Shown: piece after piece, positions 51,097 through 64,000 of the stretch
Layout of the letters: each line of letters starts with the position of its first letter
Numbering within the stretch: the stretch's first letter is position 1
Source: Octopus bimaculoides
Lineage: Eukaryota
DNA: 64,000 nucleotides
NCBI RefSeq assembly: GCF_001194135.2
Contig: NC_068990.1
Coordinates: 4,573,142-4,637,141 of the forward strand
Direction: 5' to 3'
Program-made: the position numbers and the translations under genes
Notes under the pieces: generated by a model
Told to the model about the DNA's origin: nothing
The model's database searches: none
The model's input: only the letters and a program-made list of their open reading frames with translations

Positions 51097-53529
51097 TACA
51101 TCACTTGCATAATACTGTCTGACATGATATGAAATATAGTACTGAAACACTTTCAGTCTTTACTAACCTATGATAGTCATGATCTGTAAATAATAGTTCA
51201 CTACTTCAAAAAGATTTGAGGTTTTATTGGATTCTGCTATGGGTAAAATGTGATGACAATGTCAATTATAAAAAGTGGTATTTACTTTCCAGTTACTATT
51301 AAATACAAATGAAAGACAGTGAGATGTACGAATGCTGAATAAACTGTGCATAGCTAGAAGACATTCCAGATGTCTTTTGCCCATTTCATAACAAACTAAT
51401 GAACTAAAATTACATATTCACATCAATATCTCTGATTTGATATGTATATATATATGTCCTTATACCCTCTTTCACATAAAGACAGCAAATACACATTTAT
51501 AAATGGCAACCATCCAAGTCAACTATAATCAGACATAAACATTCTTAATTCCAAACAGGTGTTGTTATTTAGTCCAGGCCAGCCCTTCTTTAGTAAACCT
51601 ATAACCAAAAGTATTCAAACCATGATATTTGTGTCATTTTACTCAGAACACTGCACCTGTGCCCTTTTTATCCAGTGTGTGTCACTATTCTAAGATAGTA
51701 GGTGTAGTTGAGGGAGATTTGGTTGTTATTTTTAGAGGGTTGAGTGATATCTCATTGGCTCAAATAGATGAGTGTCCTTGGTGTAGATGAACTGAAAATA
51801 GGTTACCCTTTCACAGGATTTTATAATGAAATTAAATTATAGATGGTTGATGCCTCTTGCTTCCAATGTCATTTTCATATAATGGCACGAAAAACATATA
51901 TAGTCTATAGTTCTATAATGCCCAACTAGATTTAAAATAAAGCCTCAAGGGAAATTAGTGGATGATATCACTGAAAATGTCATACAACTAATCCAGAGAT
52001 TCAATCTTCAATGACATGACAGTGTCACTAACAGTGATTTATTTTCTAATTAAGGTAATGAAATATCAGACTAATGACCTAACTCAGGTTTGCTATACAA
52101 TATCTGAAAGCCTTGAGTTTACAAATTAAAATTCCCAGATGTCGTACATCTCATGGCAACCATCCCTTTTTATATCTGTAAATACATGAATTAGAAAAGC
52201 CTGCAATACATCAACTTCAATACTTCAGAATTCTGTAACATTTTAACTACTCTATTTTAAATTTGCTTTGACTTCCCTCTGTTTTAACACAAACATAAAA
52301 TACTCCCAAGCATCTATTCATAGTACAAAGCTACAACACACATGCATCTCCTTCATAATTTTAAAATTACTCTACTCATAATTTATCAGTACCTAAAAGA
52401 TTCTCTTTCCACAAAGAATATTTTTTTACGGTAAATTATGCCATCCCACAAATTGTCTAATAATTTACATTAATTTAACGATTTCATATGGAATGTGAAG
52501 AAAATATAATATACAGAAAAAGATATACATAGTTGTAAGGCAAAATATTTTCTATTTTTCTAATTTAAGAAAACTCAAATTGTTATCTTATTTTCCAAGT
52601 GATATTAATTGATTAATAAACACTCATTTCAGACTTGAAATATTTTTCAGGTTGTAAAATAATAATTTATAATAGGCATACAGACAACTAGAATATTTAG
52701 TTACCATGATATCTTTTGTCAAACTCTATACTATAAGTCCTTCCAAAATTTTCAAATAACCTTTAAAAAATGTTGTAAAATATTTGAACAATAAACTTTA
52801 ATGTGATGAAATAAAGATTACAACATTTACAATTTGACTAGAACTTGTAATCAGTTTTAATTTAATGTTCTGTCTTAAAACAGCTTTTAAAGTTTTTCCT
52901 TTTATATTTTGCCTTTGTTTACATTTGAAATAAAGATAAATTCCTGATATTAAATAACATGAAAAGCAGTAAGAGAAACCATTTGAATACTTTTCAGATT
53001 TTTCTATAGACATTTTTATTTACCTTGCTCTTCTTTTATGTACATGCAATAGTTCTTGCCATAAAAGTCAGGGAGGAAGCTGAGTATTTCAAGTATTTTA
53101 GTGCAAAGAATGCTAAAACATTATTTTCTTAACTTGTTTAACAATTTCCTGTTAACAAATAAATAAATGCACACTCACACAAATAGATTTTTACAAAGGT
53201 ATTTTGTTGAGACACACAAATTTAAAGTTTAGGATCTATTATTCCCCATGTTCATCCAAATTTTAATATAGCATTAAAATAGGTCTATTTTAAATAAAAC
53301 ATTATATCTCCGCTTTTCATTTTCACTTTGGCAATAGTAAAAATAGCAATAGTCAGAGAAACGCAAAATTTTGAGGAATTTTCCTACCCAAAGAAATAAG
53401 AAGCTAGAAAATAATAAACCTGACCTAACAATATTGGACAAGGAAAAGTGAAGTCATCTACTAATTAATCCATCATGTCTGTTTGATTCCAGGGTTGTAA
53501 AGAAGGAGGATGAAAAATTAAAATAAAAA

Positions 53530-53830
53530 AATTCAATTCCTTAAAATTTGAAATTGCAAGATTGCAAGACTGAATGTAATAACTGGTATGTTGGGAACTG
53601 TAAGCAAAGATATAGACAAATGGTTGAAGGAAATTGGAATTGAATGTCCTGTACAGCTTCTATAGAAAGTTTGCCTCTTACAGACAGGAAAGATTATCAG
53701 GAATGTCTTAAGAAATTGAAAGACTATTGAAAGCTTGTAGATACCTAGGTTTACAGGTAGTAACCTGCAACCCACATAAATTCGACCAGGAATAAGAATG
53801 AACCTGAGTTAAATCATCAATAATTATAAC
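53530..53830 (+). mobile_element. R4/Dong-clade 3' fragment ending in (AAT)n
   Basis: LKFEIARL, GMLGTVSKDIDKWLKEIGIECPVQLL*KVCLLQTGKIIRNVL. Confidence 0.8.
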
Positions 53831-54144
53831 AATAATAATAATAATGATTTCAGATGTTGATGCAAGGCCAGCAATTTCAGAGGAATTGCTTAGCATTTTG
53901 TCTGACATGCTAATGAGACTACCATCTCACTGCCTTTATAATAATATGAAAAAAAAATTCAAGTATTTTACAATACAAAGTGGCAAGGGATTATTTGGAT
54001 CATCAAGTAAGGAGATTAATTCAGGAGCTGGACGATATCACTTCCAACAAATAAATGGGTACAGATGAAAGCAATAATGTATATTTGAAAGATGTTTGAA
54101 TGCAAACCAAAGATGAACAATTTACCAGAATAAAAAACAACAAA

Positions 54145-54258
<114 letters not shown>

Positions 54259-54668
54259 NNNNNNNNNNNNNNNNNNNNNNNNNNNNNNNNNNNNNNNNNN
54301 NNNNNNNNNNNNNNNNNNNNNNNNNNNNNNNNNNNNNNNNNNNNNNNNNNNNNNNNNNNNNNNNNNNNNNNNNNNNNNNNNNNNNNNNNNNNNNNNNNNN
54401 NNNNNNNNNNNNNNNNNNNNNNNNNNNNNNNNNNNNNNNNNNNNNNNNNNNNNNNNNNNNNNNNNNNNNNNNNNNNNNNNNNNNNNNNNNNNNNNNNNNN
54501 NNNNNNNNNNNNNNNNNNNNNNNNNNNNNNNNNNNNNNNNNNNNNNNNNNNNNNNNNNNNNNNNNNNNNNNNNNNNNNNNNNNNNNNNNNNNNNNNNNNN
54601 NNNNNNNNNNNNNNNNNNNNNNNNNNNNNNNNNNNNNNNNNNNNNNNNNNNNNNNNNNNNNNNNNNNN
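54259..54668. other. Assembly gap preceded by (AAT)n at about 54158-54258
   Basis: Direct observation. Confidence 1.
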
Positions 54669-54950
54669 GGAAACCCCAAAATGGCTGAAGTCCAAAAGAT
54701 AGTGCTCATGGGAACTGCCCATATCCTACGTAAAATACTGTCTATGTGATCTCAAATTTTAAAGCAAACATAATTTTCTTATGGTTTCTTAAACATTCAC
54801 TTGAACAAAACTGTACAAATCCAAATATATGGTACCCTAGGCATAACACCTACATGAACTTCTAACTTGTTGTCTCTTGAGGTCTCTGGGTGAGACTTGG
54901 ATCCAACTTGTACAAATGCAAAACAAAAGTCAAACATAAAATAATAATAA
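54669..54950 (+). mobile_element. R4/Dong-clade 3' end with 3' UTR and (AAT)n tail
   Basis: GNPKMAEVQKIVLMGTAHILRKILSM*; the UTR motif cttgaggtctctgggtgagacttgg resembles the 45.3-kb copy. Confidence 0.88.
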
Positions 54951-54962
54951 TAATAATAATAA

Positions 54963-55700
54963 TCTTACATTCCTCTTAGTAACAAGAATAATATCTATGC
55001 CTGTATTACGTTTCCAGTGCTAGCTATACTATCTGGCTCAGAACTGTATTGGAATGTCACAGTCCTGGGTTCCATAGATTGCGACATGAGGAATTTTCTT
55101 AGAACATCAAATTCTACACCATAAGTCTCTCACTTGACAGATGAGTGTCGAGGAGGAGTTTAAGAAGGCAATTATCAATATATCTCACTAACTTTCCAAC
55201 ACCTGAGAATGATTGTTGTTGTTAATTACAATTGGATGATCAAACAATTGTAATTGCAATTGATTATCACTGCTGCAATCAATAATTATAACAAGAAATT
55301 GGATTAGATTTTGAACTAAAACTCTAAATCTAAATCAACCGTAAAGACACAAACAAATCAACGATGGTGAACAACTATAAAGACATGCCAATATTGCAAA
55401 CCGAACGCTTGAGATAAAAAATTAACTGAACTGGATATAGACACCTACTCTTAATGAGTAGACAGAATGAATGACATTAACCCTATAAGAACAGGCGACC
55501 ACTACTTGATACATGGAAAGGAATATTTACAATTCCTTCAGTAGAAATGATGAATACCTGTGTGGTATATGCCATGAAACAATACACAACACTATCACAG
55601 TGTCCAACAATAGCTTCCACAAAATATATATGCAGATATGATATTGTAGTGAATGCTTTACATATACCAACAATTTCAAGTAATGGTGCCAGTTGCATGA
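54963..55700 (+). mobile_element. Older R4/Dong-clade fragment (RT C-terminus to CCHC)
   Basis: NKNNIYACITFPVL..ELYWNVTVLGSIDCDMRNFL and CGICHETIHN..QCPTIASTKYICRYD match NKIxAINxxAVPVL..WT..L..ID and CRxCxxxxETIxHI.SxCPxLAxxxYxxRHD. A further LHGQY motif lies near 56090. Confidence 0.65.
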
Positions 55701-56771
55701 AGGATCTATTTGAGTGTATATACATCAATTATATTTCCATGTTTTACAATCCAGTAAATTGCTTTGTTATACACCACAGCTGCTTATATTTAACAAGCAA
55801 GTGGAAGAGAAATTGTACAATTAGAATATTCTTATCAAATAGCTACAGTAGATTTTACATAATATATAGCAGAAAATAGTAGCAATTTAAAATAAATAGT
55901 TGAGAAATATATAAAACATATGAAATTATCCTCTTTTTCAAGGAGTCTTACAAATATAATAAAGAAGCTGGAGGATGTAAGGAGCAAGAAAAATAAAGCA
56001 CATTTTCAGAAACTGCAAGATTGAAACACTATGATTAAATAAAAAGTATTTCAAAAATATTAAACAAATGATGAACGGAGGAAACTTTGCATGGTCAATA
56101 CCTACCAGGGTTAAAAATACCAACATAGATAATTTCTAAATGGCCATAAAGTTAGTGAGAGAGGCATTTAATTAAATCCACCCAAATACTCTGAAAGATA
56201 CTCTAAAATATTTCCTACCACCCAAAAGCTTAAATGCTGTTCAATTTGGTGGCTACTTAGAGAAAATGATTGATAAACCATATGTCATGGGTGCCTTGTA
56301 TAAGCAAAGTCTGAAAATGTGCTGAGGTATAATTACTCAGTTCATTTATCTAGTAGAATATCTTCCCTTCAAATGGAGAGACCAGAAACAATATTTTCAT
56401 GGTTTAGTTAAGAGGAAGAGGTAATAACATACTGTCTGGAGCTGATGAGATTGATTTAGTATTCACATTTCTATTATACTTCTGTAGAATTGGGTTTGTA
56501 GCAAAAACAGGGATGAATAGAGAACTCCAGAAGTTTGATACTATAGAGGGAAAAGATTGGGCATTGTGTTAGTGTGGGGCCTCGTGAAGTGAAACACAGT
56601 AGGGATAATAAGTGAAGAGACTGGTGTTTTGATTGAACCTGAGTAGATTTGCTATGTCATTAGTAAGTTCAGACGAGCATTTTACTTTGTAGTCGTGCCA
56701 AGATAGATAATAGATACACATACACACACACACATATATATATAGAGAGAGAGAAAGAGAGAGAGAAAGAA

Positions 56772-56821
<50 letters not shown>

Positions 56822-57847
56822 TGTGGGACAGATGTTGTAGCTGTTTGGTGAATGAACCATAGCAAATCAATTGGATGGCCTTCTTCTGATTGCAGTTTGC
56901 AATGTGAATGAGTGCAGCAACACCACCAGGCTATATATGCGAGGAACACTCCAATGTTAATCACAATTATAGGGTTCAAAGAAGATTGGACATACCAGTT
57001 GATATTATTTCCTGGCTCCAAAGAGGAAAGCTAGTTTTTGGTGATATGGGGTTGCCAGGAAAAAAATTCTAAGTCTAAGTTTCAGATAAAGATGGAATGA
57101 CAGGACAGCTAAATATAGAACTATAAACCAATAGAAAAACCGTCTGGAAAGAAGATAATAAGAAGCCATTTTCAAAGGTTGATATGCCATACTCAACAAC
57201 CAATTACAGTTTGAGAAAGAGTCCAGATATAAAGTTCTGCAGATAGAAGTAAGAACATGTGGCATAGACACAAATTTTTTCATGTGGTTGGAGGATCTTT
57301 ATTTGTTTGTAACAGAACAGGAAATGAAAGGACATCATTCACCTGAAGAATAACTGTCTATAGTTCCATCAAAGAAGAAAACTGAGTTTTAGCAGTATTC
57401 TATCCGAAATAAACAAAATAAAAACAACACATCAAAGTATATTCTTTTAAAAATTATCGTCATTTCTCCACACAAACACACATGCATACACAGACACAAA
57501 CACACATGCACACACACGTACATACACATGCACACACTCACAGATAATAAAGGAAATGAAATTCCATAATTATATACTGATGCTAGAATGGCTAACAAAC
57601 AACATACTTTATAGCAATTTGGTATGACATGTAAAAAGCACACAAGCTGTAAGACAATGCCACAAAGACTGATATAATTTGCTTGAAGTTTACCAATTAT
57701 TTTATGGCAAACAAATAAATAAAATAATAATGATATTGATTTCTTAAATCTGCACAAGGAGGGTTTATAGTTCATTCAACTGACTGTGGTACCTGAATGA
57801 TTCTTGTCTGCCTTGGGGTAATATAAGTCATAATTATAACAACAACA

Positions 57848-58022
57848 ATCCTTTCTACTATAGGCACAAAGCCTAACATTTTTGGGAACAAGCTCATTGA
57901 CCCTGAAAGGATGAGAGGCAAAGTCAACCTCAGTGGAATTTGAACTCAGAACATAAGGAAGGACGAAATGTTGCTAAGCATTTTGCCCAGCATGATAATG
58001 ATTCTGCCAGTTTGCTGCCTTA
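57848..58022 (-). mobile_element. SINE family A with internal deletion
   Basis: aatcctttctactataggcac...gaccctgaaaggatgagaggcaaagtcaacctcagtggaatttgaactcag...gattctgccagtttgctgcc. Confidence 0.85.
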
Positions 58023-58333
58023 TTGTTTCTACCAATAAGAAGAATAATATGTCTTCCTAGTAGCCGAAGAGGCACTCAGAACACTAACAACCGCGTTTAA
58101 GAAATGTGTTGGAGATATTCGAATTGACATGATGACAGAGCATACCCCCAAAAAACTGCTCTATTAGGATTATGAGATTAGTACTTGCATGTTGATTGCC
58201 TTCCACGATACTTAACACATTAGTACCAAGTATTATGATTGTGAAACTTTTAAGTGAAACAGAATGCTGTCCACTCTCAGAGAAGTAACCAGTGCAAGTA
58301 AAATCTAGAACTTTGAGAAACATAATATAATAA

Positions 58334-58492
58334 TCCTTTCTACTATAGGCTCAAGGCCTGAAATTTGTGGGGAGGGAGCTAGTTGATGATATCGACCCCA
58401 ATGTTTAACTGGTACTTATTTCATCGATCCTGAAAGGATGAGAGGCAAAGTTGACCATGATGGAATTTGAAATCAGAAGGTAAAGACAGATG
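58334..58492 (-). mobile_element. 5'-truncated SINE family A
   Basis: aatcctttctactataggctcaaggcc...atcgatcctgaaaggatgagaggcaaagttgacc. Confidence 0.82.
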
Positions 58493-58529
58493 AATAATAA
58501 TAATAATGATAATAATAATAATGATGATG

Positions 58530-58585
<56 letters not shown>

Positions 58586-58860
58586 CAATACCAACAGATG
58601 ACAATGTTTCTCAAAAAGAAATGGAGAAACTTTCAAAATACAAAGACCTGGAAACAGAGGTAAATTGAATGTGGTGTCTAAAAACAGAAACAATTCCTAT
58701 CATATTAGGTGCATTAGGTATAGTAAAAAATATCCAGACAAATACCTAACAAAAACACCAGGACTAACAAGTATATATAACATACAAAAAATAGCAAAAC
58801 CACAGCACATACCAAAGGTACACAGAGCTGTGCTTAGCAGTGCAATGAAAGTAGATGATA
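58586..58860 (+). mobile_element. R4/Dong-clade 3' fragment between two long (AAT)n tracts (58493-58585, 58876-58989)
   Basis: SIPTDDNVSQKEMEKLSKYKDLETEVN*MWCLKTETIPIILGALGIVKKYPDKYLTKTPGLTSIYNIQKIA. Confidence 0.9.
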
Positions 58861-58872
58861 AAAATAAGACTA

Positions 58873-58937
<65 letters not shown>

Positions 58938-58941
58938 TAAT

Positions 58942-58989
<48 letters not shown>

Positions 58990-59195
58990 CCTTCCATATT
59001 TTGGTACAAGGCCTGAAATTTTGGGGACGTGAGCTAGTTGATTACATCATTCCTAGTATTTGATTGATACTTTATTGACCTCAAAGGGATGAAGTGCAAA
59101 GATGACTTCAGTGCAATTTGAATTCAGAATGTAAAGACAAAATGCCACTAAACATTTAGTTTGGTGCACTAATGATTCTCCCAGCTAACCATCTT
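58990..59195 (-). mobile_element. SINE family A
   Basis: ccttccatattttggtacaaggcctgaaatt...gggatgaagtgcaaagatgacttcagtgcaatttgaattcag...ctaatgattctcccagc. Confidence 0.78.
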
Positions 59196-61814
59196 AGATA
59201 ATGATAATAATAAATAATAATAAGGAGTTGTTGTTGTTTATTATTATTATTATTATTATTATTCATTAGGAACTGATAATGATAATAATAAGTAAGAGAG
59301 TGTGCGAGTACAAGTGGTAATTACATGTGCAGGAATTCGTGTTAGTTCTCATATTCATGTTTTGGGTATATAATTCAATACAAAAATCACAAAGAATTAT
59401 CCATCAATGCAGAGGCAGAAAAAAAACATGCTATTCAACTTATTTAACATACCTTATAACCAGCAATTTTAGTGTTTCCTTTCTCTTTAAAGAGCATTCT
59501 TCGCTTTTGTAATGTCAACATACTCTTATATGTATTTATATATATTTAAATAAATCCTGGAAATTATTTTAATTTTGTTTCTCTATTCATATAACTTGTA
59601 AGGAAATGTGAAGCGTTTATATACACAGCATCTTTCAAATGTAACTTTTACCAATTTCAAAAACATTTTTGTTTATTCTCAACATATTGTATCAGTCTGA
59701 AAGTGATTAATCTCTCAGAATGATTTTATATCAGCCTATAACAAGGAATAGTAATTCATTGTAATAGAGGGATTGGTTTTAAACACACACACACACACAC
59801 ACTCTTCATGTGAAGTGGCATTTTCTCCATTCCACTGTGTTACATTCTAAATGATTTCTTTTCTGCACTATTGATCCTCTTTGGTTACCTTTAACTATAA
59901 GAAAGTATTACTTGTACCTCTTCTTCATTTGCCACTCAAGCAAAAATTTTCATTAAGTTGCTACTGAGATAATTTATTCTGTAAGCTTCTGCTTGTTCAC
60001 TTGTACTCATCATAATACTCTTTTTTCCTCCTTCTTTTCTGTTTTCTTTTTCAAATTTCTTCATATTCTTCATATTCATTCAATTTTCACAAATCACTTC
60101 ACTGAATTCAATATTCAAAATTCTGTCAGAATTATTTTTTTAATAGGAATTCTGTCATGGGGGTTATTGCTTATTTGAAAATATGCATATGACCTCTATT
60201 TACATTATTTTTTTCCACTATTTTTTTCCATACATTGCACACTTTCACAGGACTACTGTGTGCAGCAGTGGGACTTGTGTATATGTAGTATTTTGTTTTA
60301 AGTTTTGTATTTTTTCTATAATAAATGTACTCAGTGTATTATGTGTGCAGTATTTAGCAATGCTATTTTCTGTAGGTTGTACATATTTCTAAGCCAGTCC
60401 TGGAAATTTTGGTTATATATTTGCCTGCAATGCTTTTTTTAACCATTATCAAGGCATTTACTAGTGTAGCTATTGATTCTGTTTTCACTCTCCACACTCT
60501 AGTTGTCTCTATTTTTAGAACTTTATAATGTAACTTTCATTAAAAATACAAAATATATGGGCTACATTTTTGATGTCTTTCCGTCTCATGAAACTTTCAA
60601 CAAAAACCAAGCAATATATTTGTTTTGAATTGGTGACAATGTGAATAGAGTTACTGTAGGGAAGAAAATGACTTCTTCTAGACTCACATGTAATATGATT
60701 GGATTCATTGCAAAGGTCAGTAACAGGTAAGACCACCATTGACATTGTTGACATCTTAAGTGCACGGATAAAATCTGACAGTGGATTCTAACTTGGCATT
60801 GTGCACATTGATTTAGTACAATCTTCAGCTATATGAATGAAACTTCAGACATTATGGGTGTGTGTAGATGTAGTCATTCTGGGATAAAATTGGGGAAGTC
60901 AAAGGTAATTAAGTAGTTTCTTCCCAACCTCTCCTTTCTGAAGTTACATATATTCTGCTTCATTAGATACTCTTCATGGTTCCCAGAGGAAAGTCATTGG
61001 TCTTGAGCCTGAAATCAAGATTCCTCAATTACAGTAATTTTAGTCTTGCACTTCCAAGCTGATGTTATGCTTTTCTCTGCCCTTTTTCACCCTGTTCAAT
61101 TTTTTTTTCTTTTCTCAGATATCAGCCATGTTGTGAGTTTTTTTGCTATTATTTTAACATGGGATTCTGCAATCTCATTTTTTTTTTGTTTTATTTTCCC
61201 AGTTTCTCTTAATTTCTTTCCTCACAACTGTCTGTCATCTCAGTCTGTCAATTTTTGCTTTGAGTGTTCTACTGCTATTTGTATTAGTTGCCTGTTCTTT
61301 ATTATATATTTTTGTGGTTCTATTATTATTCTTATATGAAGACAATAATTTTTCTAGTTAAATTTATCCAGCAAATTTCTACCAGTTTAAAGATTAATTA
61401 ATCCTCAGTTATAGGTTATAATGTGTTAAAGGTAGATTCCTAAACAGAATTCTCTCTGCAAATGTAATCTGTGGTTTTAATAGAAATACATGGTTATAAA
61501 TTTTACTTTGGTATGAATATTTTACATTTATATTATGTTTTAAATAACTTGATCCCAATAAAGACACATATTGACATTTAAAAATTGTAGTGTTCAATTT
61601 CTTTTTGATTAAAACATATTCGTTATTTTTTTGAGTTACGAAAAATACTCTTCTTTGCAACTGAACTTTAATAATGTTGGTTTTATTATTCATTGTTCTA
61701 TAAAAAGATTAATGAAGATTATTAGCTATTTTTGATTAATCTTATCAATTGGCCAGATCTGCTTCTTCCTCCTTTTTTGTTTCAGAAAATATCTTAGTGT
61801 CACAGTTTTAAAAT

Positions 61815-61859
<45 letters not shown>

Positions 61860-62335
61860 TCTTATTCTTATTCTTATTATTATTAAGAGTGAGGAGAAAA
61901 CAAGGGAAAGGAGAAAGAAATTCCTGAATGCTCTTGCTTTAATTCTCCATTCAGAATTCTATATTAACATTTTAATACTGGTGATACCATTCCAAACCAA
62001 AAATTAAGTCAATATTTGCATCAGTAATGTAAATTTAGTGTCTTAAGGCAAGAAATGAAATAAATATTTCGGATGCTGAAAGTAAAAATTTTGCTGTATT
62101 TTGTCATTTTTATTTCATTGTATGTTTTGTGTGTAATTGTTATTTTTTTTTAAAGTATGATTGTATAAATGAAGAGATACAAAAAGGAAATTCTCAATGA
62201 ATACTTATAAATACTGAATGGGTAGCAAATTAACAATATGCAACACTATGAGAATGAGGATTGTGAGCAGAATAGTAGTGAATTTACAAAATACTATCAC
62301 TGTATTTTACCCATGGTCAGTTTTCAGTAAAAAAC

Positions 62336-62540
62336 ATTCATCATCATCATCATAATTTAACATCTGTTTTCTGTACAGGCATGGGTTGGATGGCTAGGCA
62401 GGATCCAGTGAGCCATAGAGCCATGTCAAATTCTAATGTCAGCTTTGGAATGGTTTCTACGAAGAGATTCTCTTCTTAACAGCAATCATTTACGGTGTGT
62501 ACTGCATGAAATTTTTTGTGCTATTGACACTAGTAAGGTC
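62336..62540 (-). mobile_element. Decayed SINE family E
   Basis: catcatcatcataatttaacatctgttttctgtacaggcatgggttggatgg...ctcttcttaacagcaatca. Confidence 0.65.
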
Positions 62541-63767
62541 ACCAGAATAAACATAGCTTCCTGTTAATAATCATTTGAATTAATGCAAAAAAATGTTATA
62601 TGAAATGCATATTAAAAATTGAAATATAATTGCAGTTTTGACAGTTAATATATCAAATTCTGTTTCATCAACATTTCTTGATACTAGCTTAATCACGAGG
62701 ATGAAAATGGATTTTGTTGAAATTTTAGAAATCACTTTTAAAAGTAGATTATATATATATGTGCGTGTGTGTGTGTTTACATACACACCCACATCCATAT
62801 AAATTTTAGTTTCACAGCAAAATTAGGCCCCAAATCGTTTTTTTTTTTATCATGTAGACTAAATATGAGGATGAAATTAGTCTCAATATTCATTCATAAA
62901 CCATACTGCTTTGGTATTCCAGCAAGTTTATATATAAATACATTACATGCAGTGATATTTTTTTTATTGTATTCTTTTCTAAGTACATAAATGATAACAG
63001 AACTACTTAAAGAAACTGCTTTGGAGATTGTCACAACTATAAGAAGAGTTTTAATGAGCAAAAATAAATAAGAAGTAATAAACAGTAAAAGATATTTTGT
63101 TGAAAAATGTCTCATTCTAATTAAAAGATATTTTATGTAAGAAAGTTTTCCTTTATTTCTGGTCTTACGCAAGTGTATGTTGTATATTTTATCTTGTCTG
63201 CACTTCTTGAAAAAGAAAAAGAAAAAGAAAAAGACATACACATAGAAACAAAAACAGAAACAAATATCCTCAAACCAAACTGGTCAATGAACGAAATATA
63301 CTGCCGGAAGATAACACACTTAATAAAAATTTTCACCGAGAAAGTGAAATGAAAATAAAGATTATCAAAATAATGCTATTCAGAAGTGTGGTAAATTTAA
63401 ACACACTTAATGTGACACAATCATACATATATATAGCTTGTTGATTTATGTTTTTTAATGATATTTATTGGCTATGCCAAACAATTTGATATTAGTAAAG
63501 AATTTGAAATTAATTTAAATAAATTTTAGCTCCTTTAGTTTGCATGAATGTTTTATTTTAATTTTGAATATATATATAAACTGATGGATGTAGCAGGGAG
63601 AGAGAATGAAAGAGAGATAGATAGAGAGAGTTTATCTATTGATTATTAAAATTGATGAAGTCAATCTATCAATATTAGGTGTAGTCAAATTAATTAAAAG
63701 ACCTGTGAAATTTTTGCTACAGCGATGCAATGCAAAGTAAAATACATTTTAAAATGTTGTCTCTCAC

Positions 63768-64000
63768 ATCATCATCATCATCATCATCGTTTAACGTCCG
63801 CTTTCCATGCTAGCATGGGTTGGACGATTTGACTGAGGACTGGTGAAACCGGATGGCAACACCAGGCTCCAGTCTGATTTGGCAGAGTTTCTACAGCTGG
63901 ATGCCCTTCCTAACGCCAACCACTCAGAGAGTGTAGTGGGTGCTTTTACGTGTCACCCGCACGAAAACGGCCACGCTCGAAATGGTGTCTTTTATGTGCC
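63768..64000 (-). mobile_element. Young SINE family E (continues beyond the window)
   Basis: (cat)n cgtttaacgtccgctttccatgctagcatgggttggacg ... ggatgcccttcctaacgccaaccac; CpG intact. Confidence 0.9.

Noticed and set aside
60500-61330. Possible decayed CR1 endonuclease or ORF remnant on the minus strand
   Set aside because: Only faint motif echoes; I could not reconstruct a convincing colinear translation by eye.

Overview
AT-rich (roughly 30% GC by eye), microsatellite-dense eukaryotic DNA with six assembly gaps. The SINE repertoire looks like that of an octopus genome; this is inference from memory of those repeat families, not a database result. Nearly all ORFs in the supplied track are artefacts of microsatellites, N-runs or antisense reading of decayed transposons. 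I can support one host-gene fragment: the 5' end of a minus-strand spliced gene (non-coding exon near 7.3-7.4 kb, ATG exon 6666-6808, 78-bp exon 3656-3733; MLASPETSRINYN-VFNKVSSYASLQLGTSSDSAVSTGVS..., product unidentified) that runs off the left edge. The rest is intergenic or intronic DNA full of retroelement debris: at least five SINE families, RTE and CR1 reverse-transcriptase remnants, about ten R4/Dong-type fragments almost all abutting (AAT)n tracts, three copies of an ORF1-like element with no ORF2, and an internally deleted mariner with TIRs and TA TSD. The most interesting structures are: (i) a 560-bp Penelope-like element at 11.8-12.3 kb whose inverted arms each carry a minimal hammerhead-ribozyme fold with a U3-A8 core and a compensatory base-pair change between the copies; (ii) a 37-bp hairpin at 12494-12575 whose non-Watson-Crick pairs are all G-U on the + strand (pre-miRNA-like); (iii) R4/Dong elements stacked in (AAT)n tracts, some of which are SINE tails; (iv) an old tandem duplication at 48.5-52.1 kb that records the order of later insertions.
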